24,000 bases of DNA, taken from the NCBI GenBank assembly GCA_037245165.1, contig JAXWVI010000033.1, positions 54,796-78,795 on the forward strand, read 5' to 3'. Position numbers and translations under genes: made by a program. The DNA is from a bacterium (GTDB taxonomy: Bacteria; Bacillota; Clostridia; Oscillospirales; Oscillospiraceae). This document shows, one piece after another, positions 15,418 to 22,238 of this stretch. The first letter of the stretch is position 1; the number at the start of each line of letters is the position of its first letter. Below the pieces are notes generated by a model. The model was not told the origin of the DNA. It was given only the letters and a program-made list of their open reading frames with translations, and searched no databases.

Positions 15418-18249
15418 CTACAATGCGTACTTTTTGATCAGATAATCAAAAAAATCCTTGGCCTCATATACCGCTTTGTCCGGGAGCTTTTGTTCTGTCA
15501 GGGCTTTTGGAATCTCCAGCCCGGAAACACCTGCCGCCACTCGGCGGAATACCACCCGGCGGTCTGCCAGCCGCAGCCGCATAATGCGGTAGCCCTGGCT
15601 GATCCACGCATTGGAGATGCAGTATTCTCTTTCCGGAGGGGTGATCGCGTGGAAGGGAAACTCCAGCTCCCAGAGCGCGGAATTCATTCCAGCGGCTTCA
15701 TCAAACCACCACGCCTCGCAAAAATAGGCTTCCCAGTCCAGACGGTCCCCGATGATCTCCTCAATGTCTGAAAAAGTCAACGTGACCGGTGAGCGGCTAC
15801 ACAGCCGGAAAAACTCCCGCAGCGGATAATAGGGGTCCTCTATCTGAGGGAATTCCGTTGCTCCCTCCAAAAGCGTGAGCACATCTATGCCGTTCTCCTC
15901 CCCCTGAACCTTCACAACGTCATAGCCGCATCGTTTATGGATGTACGCCATGTTCTGTAGTCTGCGCCCCTTTCCCGGGGCGATTTCCACTAATTCAACC
16001 TCTTGGTCCGGGAGCATGGGCCGTCCGCAGTAATAGCACCGCCCGGCCTGCCGCATCCAAACAGAGCGCCGCTGAGGCCCGCTGACCTTTTGATCGTCCC
16101 GCTGGCACCGCAGCCACAGACCATACTCCTGGTCCAGATAGGGGTGGAAACCGGTGCGGATGGCCTTGTGTTCTGTAAAGTTCAAAGCGGTCAGTCGGAG
16201 AACTTGGATGCTCTTTTTATTCTGAACGGCAAAGATATGCTCGCCCTGGTTTGTACGAAACCAGTACCGCTTGCGGATATGCTCCCACTGCCGCTTTGGA
16301 TGGAGCTGCCGCATCTTTTTGACCAGCAGGCTCTGCACTACTGTGTCGATCCGCCGGAAGGCGTCGTAGGCGTCTGTGATTCGGTGATAGTTGCCCCAGC
16401 CGGACAGCCTGCGGTTGAGACGTTGGATCAGAGTCTTCTGTGAGCCATGGAAATTCAAGATAAATTCAGACAGCCTTTGCTCAAAATCGTTGACCGCCTT
16501 CTGTGAGGGGCGGACCATCAAGACCCCATCTTTCCGCTCGTAATGACGGGAGAGGAAGTCAAACCCGACCGCAAGATGAAATACCCCGGTTTTATCCATA
16601 TTCAGTTTCAGCCCGCGTTCCGCCAGAAAATCGGTCAGCAGATCCAGCGCGGCGATCCCATCCGCCAGACTCCGCACGGATACGATCAGGTCATCGGCGT
16701 AGCGGATCAAATTCCCATTTTTGTAATCAATCTTTCCGTCTGGGTAAAGGTGCTCATAGAGGTATCGTTGAAGCCCATCCAACGTCATGTTGCCCAAGAT
16801 TGGGGAGAGCGTGGCCCCCATGGAAATGCCTTGTTCGGAGGGAAACAATTCCCCGGCAAACACAGCTCCCGCCCGCAGAAACTCCCGCAACACCTTGGTG
16901 TCCATAGGAATATGCTCTAAAAGCCATTTGTGGCTGATGGTATCATAGCAGGCTTTTACATCGGCGCGGACCACCCAATCAGGCGCATTGTCTCCTTCAA
17001 ATGCGGCGCAGATATAGGCGTGCGCGTCAAACATGGAGCGCCCCTTGCGAAAAGCGAATGATTTCCTATCTGCGGTGGATTCGGCCACCGGGTCCAGGGA
17101 GTAGGAATACAACGCCTGCATCGCTTTGTCATAGGCGGCCGGGACGTGGATGCGGCGCTCCTTCCCGCGCTCCGATACGATAATCCGGCGGTAGGGCTTG
17201 GCATGGTACCCACGGGAGGTCAGCGACAGGGCCGCGCGCATTTTCTCCGCGTCAGTCTGCCAGCGCACGCCGTCCACCCCTGCCTCGGAGTTGATCTGCA
17301 CTACATGGCGCACCGCCAAGACCTTGGCCGGAAGTGAGCGGACGAGCTGCTTTTGGAGCGCGGTCACGGCCTCACCGTCCCCGCTATATGCGGCGCGGGC
17401 CAGCCGCTGCTGAACGCGCAGGAGCTGATTCTCCATCTTGCCCCAGTCAATAGCGCGCCACATGACCGCCATATCCTCATCAGACAATTCCTTTCGCGGA
17501 GGCGCGGCTTGCAGGGTCAGGGAAATTGGGCAGTGATCGGACCCCAGAATGTCGGTGTGATGCTCCATGCTTCGGACAGAGGGAAGCAGGGCGTCGGACA
17601 CCAGGAAATAATCCAGCCGCCAGCCCCGGTTTTCCAGGCGTTTGTTCAATCGGTTGGACCACCAGGTATAGGCGCCGGTTTTTTCCGGATGGAGCGCCCG
17701 GAACACATCTACATAGCCGCGAGTCAACAGCCGTTCCATTCCCTCCCGTTCATCGGAAAGAAAGCCGGGCGGATTTTCTTCGTTGCGGAGGTTTTCGGGG
17801 TACACATCGAGATAGCTCCGCGCCACATTAAAGTCCCCGCAGAGGATGGCCGGCTTGTTCAGTCTGTCCAGAAAATCCAGCAGCGCCTGATCCCATGCAA
17901 TCCGGTAATCCAGCCGCTCGTCCGAGCTCTGGGAGTTAGGAACATACACGTTGACGATGCAAAAGGAGTCATATTCCAGTGCGATCAGCCTTCCTTCACA
18001 GTCGAGCTGGTCAATCCCAAACCCATACTGAACGGAGCGCGGTTCCTTTTTAGCCAGGATCAATGTCCCGGAATAGCCGCTTTGCTCCGCCAGATTCCAG
18101 TATTGAAGGTACTCCGGGGTATTCAGCGGGCAGTTCGTTCGTACCTCTTGGCAGCATACGATGTCCGCCCGGAGACGGGCGATGGATTTCAAAAATCCTT
18201 TGCGCTTACAGGCGGCCAGTCCGTTTACATTCCAGGAAACCAGCTTCAT
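15418..18249 (-). CDS. fusion protein: ExoIII/APE-type EEP nuclease + group II intron-type reverse transcriptase/maturase + degenerate HNH finger + unknown C-terminal domain
   Basis: Residue numbers follow the 953-aa track ORF. aa 11-256 are XthA-like: MKLVSWNVNGL, CCQEV, GDFNVA, WRLDYFLVS, GSDHCPISL. aa ~270-585 match group II RT blocks: AIDWGKMENQLLRVQQRL...LPAKVLAVRHVVQINSEAGVDGV (RT0), RRIHVPAAYDKAMQAL, FAFRKGRSMFDA, ADVKACYDTISH, QGISMGATLSPILGNMTLD, IRYADDLIV (16690..16701), LKLNMDKT, GFDFLS. X/thumb: LIQRLNRRLSGWGNYH. aa 748-784: CYYCG...VELVEI...NMAYIHKRC. aa ~815-953 form the extra domain. Start chosen at 18249 (GAGGG 7 nt upstream); the track's ATG at 18279 adds 10 aa. Confidence 0.9.
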   Translation of the reverse strand: MKLVSWNVNGLAACKRKGFLKSIARLRADIVCCQEVRTNCPLNTPEYLQYWNLAEQSGYSGTLILAKKEPRSVQYGFGIDQLDCEGRLIALEYDSFCIVNVYVPNSQSSDERLDYRIAWDQALLDFLDRLNKPAILCGDFNVARSYLDVYPENLRNEENPPGFLSDEREGMERLLTRGYVDVFRALHPEKTGAYTWWSNRLNKRLENRGWRLDYFLVSDALLPSVRSMEHHTDILGSDHCPISLTLQAAPPRKELSDEDMAVMWRAIDWGKMENQLLRVQQRLARAAYSGDGEAVTALQKQLVRSLPAKVLAVRHVVQINSEAGVDGVRWQTDAEKMRAALSLTSRGYHAKPYRRIIVSERGKERRIHVPAAYDKAMQALYSYSLDPVAESTADRKSFAFRKGRSMFDAHAYICAAFEGDNAPDWVVRADVKACYDTISHKWLLEHIPMDTKVLREFLRAGAVFAGELFPSEQGISMGATLSPILGNMTLDGLQRYLYEHLYPDGKIDYKNGNLIRYADDLIVSVRSLADGIAALDLLTDFLAERGLKLNMDKTGVFHLAVGFDFLSRHYERKDGVLMVRPSQKAVNDFEQRLSEFILNFHGSQKTLIQRLNRRLSGWGNYHRITDAYDAFRRIDTVVQSLLVKKMRQLHPKRQWEHIRKRYWFRTNQGEHIFAVQNKKSIQVLRLTALNFTEHKAIRTGFHPYLDQEYGLWLRCQRDDQKVSGPQRRSVWMRQAGRCYYCGRPMLPDQEVELVEIAPGKGRRLQNMAYIHKRCGYDVVKVQGEENGIDVLTLLEGATEFPQIEDPYYPLREFFRLCSRSPVTLTFSDIEEIIGDRLDWEAYFCEAWWFDEAAGMNSALWELEFPFHAITPPEREYCISNAWISQGYRIMRLRLADRRVVFRRVAAGVSGLEIPKALTEQKLPDKAVYEAKDFFDYLIKKYAL

Positions 18250-18270
18250 GGGGCATCCCTCATTTCCTGT

Positions 18271-18428
18271 ATATTCCATCTTCTTTTATCATAACGCATG
18301 ATGCGACTAAGGCCAAATAGAAATGCAAAAAATGACAATCCCATATTCCAGACAGCTCATGCCAGGGTGCATATATGGTTTGTCCAACGTTACATAGAAT
18401 GGTACTTCTCCTTCTCAAGCATATTCCA
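18271..18428 (-). repeat. three direct copies of TGGAATAT (minus-strand sense) in the RT upstream region
   Basis: ATATTCCA occurs on the plus strand at 18271..18278, 18343..18350 and 18421..18428, spaced 72 and 78 nt. The two distal copies share extended context: TGA(G/C)CTG..TGGAATATG. Confidence 0.6.
18288..18316 (-). promoter_or_regulatory. weak candidate promoter for the nuclease-RT gene
   Basis: Minus strand: TTGGCC (18316..18311), 17 nt, TATGAT (18293..18288). It would place the TSS near 18281, which favours the 18249 start. Confidence 0.3.
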
Positions 18429-18581
18429 CAGCAGTCAAAGCGCCAAGAGCGGTCGGAACGTCCTGTACCGCTACGGGTATTAAGAAGTGCTGCGGTTGGT
18501 AGCCTGGATGGGGAGGCGGCCTATAGTGTCCGCTGACGATCTGGCGGCCAAATGCGCCGCCCATACTGTAGCGCCGATGCC

Positions 18582-18610
18582 GTGACAAGCCGGAAAACCT
18601 ATGATATGAT
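18582..18610 (+). promoter_or_regulatory. putative promoter of the DUF4317 / IreB-like pair
   Basis: GTGACA (18582..18587), 17 nt, TATGAT (18605..18610). The 5' UTR would be about 47 nt. GAGG lies 8 nt before the ATG at 18665. Confidence 0.5.
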
Positions 18611-18664
18611 AACAACCAGAGCGGTCTGATCCGCACCAAATTTTGTACGAGCGAGGCAAGGACC

Positions 18665-19792
18665 ATGAATCAGAAAGAACTCAGCGAACTGCGCCGCCGG
18701 TTTCGCCCGGAAAAGAGCGCCATCAGCCATATTTATGGCTGCTACGTCAATGGAAGCCGGGAGATCATCTCCTATCTGGATGAGCCTATGGGCATGATGC
18801 CGCAGGAGGAGGCCGAGAAATACCTGGGCCTCTTGAGAAAAGCCCTTTCCGGGACGCTTGGCCGGAATCTTGTAGACATTGTATTCTCGACTCAGCAGGT
18901 CATGGACAGCGACGAACACCGCTTTCTGATGGGACTGCGGGATTCCCAACTGAAGGATGGGGCCCTCCGTCAGTCGTTCTATGATAAAGTTATCGCCTCT
19001 CTGGATATGGACGGCAGCAATTACCTGATCCTTCTGGCCCATGACGCATACGATGTCCCCTATAAGGGCCGGGACGGCGAACTACAGGATGACGCATCGG
19101 ACACCGTCTTTTCCTATATCATCTGCTGTGTCTGCCCAGTCAAGGATGGTAAGTTGGAACTGGGCTTTTTCTCCGGCGAAAATGAATTCCATAGCTGCGC
19201 GGCAAATCAGATCGTAGCTCCGCCAGAGTTGGGATTTCTCTTTCCGGCCTTCGACGACCGGGCGGCGAACATCTATAATGCTCTGCTCTATTCTAAAAAA
19301 GCGGACCAGCTCCATCAGGAATTCATCAATGCGGTATTCCGTACAGAGCCACCGCTGTCCGCGGCGGAACAGCGGGAGGCGTTTGAGGGGGCGCTGACTG
19401 GTGCGTTGGAGGATGCCTGCAGCATAGAAGTAGTACAGGCAGTTTATGAGCGTCTGCGGGATCAGATTGTTCAGCACAAGGAAACCAAGGACCCGGAGCC
19501 GCTGGCCCTCACCGCCGGCGATATTGGGAATATCCTGCGGGACTGCTCCGTACCGGAGGAACGGGTGTCCGCGTTCCTGGAACGGTGTGGAGAACGGCTG
19601 GGCGCCAACGTCGTACTCAACCCAGTGAATCTCATCGAGAGCGGAAAATTTGAGGTGGAAACAGCAGACGCCAAGCTGTCTCTTGACCCGGAGCATAGTT
19701 ATTTGCTGGAGATGCGGGTCATTGATGGGCGTCAATACCTGCTGTTTCCGGCAGACAGTGTGACAGTCAATGGGCTGCCGGTCCACACATAG
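18665..19792 (+). CDS. DUF4317-family protein (375 aa; family name from memory)
   Basis: The N-terminus MNQKELSELRRRFRPEKSAISHIYGCYVNGSREII matches my recollection of Clostridia DUF4317 proteins (M..KE..E.K..F.PE...I..I.GCYV). Codon usage is clean and there is no competing ORF. Confidence 0.75.
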   Translation: MNQKELSELRRRFRPEKSAISHIYGCYVNGSREIISYLDEPMGMMPQEEAEKYLGLLRKALSGTLGRNLVDIVFSTQQVMDSDEHRFLMGLRDSQLKDGALRQSFYDKVIASLDMDGSNYLILLAHDAYDVPYKGRDGELQDDASDTVFSYIICCVCPVKDGKLELGFFSGENEFHSCAANQIVAPPELGFLFPAFDDRAANIYNALLYSKKADQLHQEFINAVFRTEPPLSAAEQREAFEGALTGALEDACSIEVVQAVYERLRDQIVQHKETKDPEPLALTAGDIGNILRDCSVPEERVSAFLERCGERLGANVVLNPVNLIESGKFEVETADAKLSLDPEHSYLLEMRVIDGRQYLLFPADSVTVNGLPVHT

Positions 19793-19894
19793 AAGAAGCT
19801 GGAAGCGAAAGAGTAACAGTGAAACAGAAGGAGAACACGGAAGCCATATCACTTTAGCAGGAGATAGGGATACGAAAGAGAGTAGACGGGTAAT

Positions 19895-20116
19895 ATGACA
19901 GACATCGAACGGTTAAATTTTATATATGCGGCGCTTCAAGAGCGTGGCTATGCGCCAATCAGTCAAATTGTTGGTTTTTTGCTGTCTGGGGACCCAACCT
20001 ACATCACAAACCACAATGGAGCCCGAGCCATAGCTGGTCAAATTAACCGTTCCGAAATTCTGACAGAAATCGTTGGCGATTATATAAGTCATCATTGCCA
20101 TAGTCAAACACAATGA
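19895..20116 (+). CDS. ireB: IreB-family (UPF0297) small regulatory protein, 73 aa
   Basis: ALQERGYAPISQIVGFLLSGDPTYITNHNGARAIAGQINRSEILTEIVGDYI matches the IreB core (EKGYNP.NQI.GYLLSGDP.YIT.H..AR). The N-terminus is shorter than in typical IreB. Confidence 0.7.
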   Translation: MTDIERLNFIYAALQERGYAPISQIVGFLLSGDPTYITNHNGARAIAGQINRSEILTEIVGDYISHHCHSQTQ

Positions 20117-20215
20117 ATTGAAAAATACAGGAAATCTCCTGTATCAAAGTAATATGGCGCAGATGTCGATATGTTCTTTCCGTTGCTTCAAATAAGAGTT
20201 GCTGAACGAAAAAAA

Positions 20216-20241
20216 GCGGGGAGGGCGATTGCCCTCCCCGC
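20216..20241 (-). terminator. rho-independent terminator of the minus-strand element operon (the hairpin also faces ireB)
   Basis: GCGGGGAGGGC-gatt-GCCCTCCCCGC, an 11-bp stem. On the minus strand it is followed by UUUUUUU. It starts 15 nt after the stop at 20257. Confidence 0.85.
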
Positions 20242-20256
20242 ACGAAACCGGGACCA

Positions 20257-21279
20257 TTATGCGGCGAGATCTATCGTCTGCTGCATAGGGTCCTTTTTTC
20301 CTTTCTGCGTCTTTTTTTGTGCCCGGAGACTATTGGCACGGAGCTGAAGCTCCTGTGCCAAGAACTTCAGCGTGGAGAACTCGTCGTCCAGCCCGTTCAG
20401 CTCCTGGCGCAGCACCGCTTCATAGTGCCGCTTGCGCTCCTCCAGAGCCTGCACCTTCAGTACCCACCGGTCCATCACCGCGGGGCTGTTGCTTCCGCTC
20501 TTAATGAAGTAATCGCACTTGTCCTGATACTCCAGGATCTCCTTCTTTACAGCGATATAAAATTCCTGTGCCATCTTATCCCGCTGCTTGGCGTCGTCAA
20601 TGACATAGAGGCTGTTGACGGTCAGCGGCGTACCATTTCGGTTCAGCCCGCTGAGAAGCGCCAGAAAGTCCTCAAAAATATCTACCTTTTCCATATGAGT
20701 GCGGGGCACAAAGTACATATGGCCCGCGATGCTGACTTTGGTGGACTCCAAAGAGCGCAGATAATTTGCACAGATGGTTTCCACCTGCCTGCGGTTGGCG
20801 CACCGCTGGTAGAGTTCAAACAACTCCTCCGCCCGGCGGCAGCACCCGCGCACATCCACCGCATCGTCCGGCACCAGGTTATCGCAGCGGAACACGCCGT
20901 CAGATTTGTCATAACTGATATTCGCCAGTTTTTCATAGTGGTTGGTCTGCTGATTCAGTGTCTCCTTCACCAGTTCACGGGAGAGAACATTGGCCGTGCG
21001 CTTGTTGTCCCGGCAGTAGGCCAGATAGATATTGGTCTGCCCATCGGCCGTGACCGGGATGCGCTCCCGGATGTCCCCGGTGGCGCTGCGGAATGCGTCG
21101 GCCACGGACAGGCGCACCCCGCCTGAGTACGGGATGCCCATATCTTCACACAGCTTGGTGAGGGCGTCTTTTTCCACCAGAAGGTTAGCCAGGGAGAAAT
21201 AAAGGAACTTCCCCAGCACGTGCCCTTCGTCAGCCTGCGTGGCCACAATGAAATCCTGCATATCAAATACCTGTTCCAT
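20257..21279 (-). CDS. conserved hypothetical mobile-element protein (340 aa) with C-terminal coiled coil
   Basis: AGGAGGAG SD. No catalytic motif recognised. The C-terminal ~70 aa are heptad-like and Lys/Gln-rich. Confidence 0.7.
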   Translation of the reverse strand: MEQVFDMQDFIVATQADEGHVLGKFLYFSLANLLVEKDALTKLCEDMGIPYSGGVRLSVADAFRSATGDIRERIPVTADGQTNIYLAYCRDNKRTANVLSRELVKETLNQQTNHYEKLANISYDKSDGVFRCDNLVPDDAVDVRGCCRRAEELFELYQRCANRRQVETICANYLRSLESTKVSIAGHMYFVPRTHMEKVDIFEDFLALLSGLNRNGTPLTVNSLYVIDDAKQRDKMAQEFYIAVKKEILEYQDKCDYFIKSGSNSPAVMDRWVLKVQALEERKRHYEAVLRQELNGLDDEFSTLKFLAQELQLRANSLRAQKKTQKGKKDPMQQTIDLAA

Positions 21280-21288
21280 AAGCTCCTC

Positions 21289-21459
21289 CTATACTTTTAT
21301 AGCTCCTGAATACTCCGGTTTGTGGGAATCGGCCTCCGGGTCCGTTTTGCTCCGGGCGATCTCCTGATAGAAGTCGAACTGCTCAAGCCCGGGGAAGTTA
21401 TGCTCACAGCCCCGGCACCAGCCTGTGCCTCTGTTTGCACAGCTGTCACATTTTTTCAT
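21289..21459 (-). CDS. unlisted 56-aa CxxC...CxxC zinc-ribbon-like protein
   Basis: MKKCDSCANRGTGWCRGCEHNFPGLEQFDFYQEIARSKTDPEADSHKPEYSGAIKV. It starts 13 nt after the upstream stop. Its own stop overlaps the SD of the 20257..21279 gene. It is below the 60-aa track cutoff. Confidence 0.5.
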   Translation of the reverse strand: MKKCDSCANRGTGWCRGCEHNFPGLEQFDFYQEIARSKTDPEADSHKPEYSGAIKV

Positions 21460-21474
21460 ACTCCCGTTCCCGCC

Positions 21475-22089
21475 TTATGTGTGAATGGAGTAATGGGCTG
21501 TTTTCAGGTCCTCCTGGCCGTGGAGGATCAGACCTCCACAGATTCCGGGCTGCCCACTCAGGATCTCCCGGAAGAAAAAGCTGTACGGCACATAGTCGCT
21601 GTAAAAATGGATCGTTCCGCCGCTTTTCCATTGAAAATGGTCCCGCAGAAATCGGGCCAGCTTACGGCGCACCAGTTTGTTTGCCGCCACCTCCCGAATG
21701 GTCTGCCCCCCGCAGAAAATCAGCCTGGGGGACAGGTTTTCTTCTGAGGATAGCACGCTCCACTGTTCACCTTCCGCGGCGTTGTGCAGGAAGCGGACGA
21801 ACGCCTCATAGGGAATCGTCACCGCCTCCGTCCAGCCAGTCAGGTGGTCGTTGGTACAGTTCATCCAGCTGAAGCGGACCTGGAGCTCTCCACGGGCTAC
21901 ATTCCGCCGAAATTCAGCAAAATCAGGAAAATTACTGACCACTACCACCGGGTCGTACAAGCCATCCAGTTTTTCCAGGCTGTTGCGCGGGATGTAAAAT
22001 GCGGTTGGCGACTTTTTTGCCTGGGAGATCGTGCGGAATAACAGGTATTGATCTTCCGCTTTGATTTTTACAAGCGTTCTTGACTTCAT
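21475..22089 (-). CDS. hypothetical protein (204 aa)
   Basis: Start trimmed to MKSRTLVKIKAEDQY (ATG 22089, GAGGTGA SD 7 nt upstream). The track's 74 extra N-terminal codons lack an SD. Confidence 0.65.
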   Translation of the reverse strand: MKSRTLVKIKAEDQYLLFRTISQAKKSPTAFYIPRNSLEKLDGLYDPVVVVSNFPDFAEFRRNVARGELQVRFSWMNCTNDHLTGWTEAVTIPYEAFVRFLHNAAEGEQWSVLSSEENLSPRLIFCGGQTIREVAANKLVRRKLARFLRDHFQWKSGGTIHFYSDYVPYSFFFREILSGQPGICGGLILHGQEDLKTAHYSIHT

Positions 22090-22238
22090 TTTATATTCAC
22101 CTCGTATAATCATTTTAGGCCGTTCGGTTCTGTGATACGGGTAGGTCACCCGCCTATGTATTACCGCATCATGATTGTTGAGCCTCAAATCCCCCGGCCG
22201 TAATTCCGTACTGGCCCACAGTTGAAGCGGAACAGGCT

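Noticed and set aside
15490-18294. Plus-strand ORFs inside the RT gene (for example 17353..18294 at 313 aa, 16003..16443, 16503..16920)
   Set aside because: They are antisense shadows of a well-supported 953-codon gene. Translations are Gly/Pro/Arg/His-rich with no motifs.
15069-18664. Retron (msr/msd) or diversity-generating retroelement
   Set aside because: By eye there are no long flanking inverted repeats (a1/a2) of the retron type and no template/variable repeat pair or Avd-like gene. The RT has the X/maturase domain and N-terminal extension of the group II lineage, not the retron or DGR lineage.
15000-18700. An ordinary mobile group II intron carrying this RT
   Set aside because: The RT is group II-like. 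However, only 415 nt lie upstream before another gene, whereas domains I-III need roughly 500-600 nt. I could find no domain V/VI-like hairpin in the 349 nt downstream. The ORF also begins with a nuclease domain rather than sitting in a domain IV loop. This should still be confirmed with covariance models.
19082-21126. 256-aa minus-strand ORF opposite DUF4317 and 269-aa plus-strand ORF opposite the 340-aa element gene
   Set aside because: These are antisense shadows. The sense-strand genes have SDs, terminators and protein-like composition.
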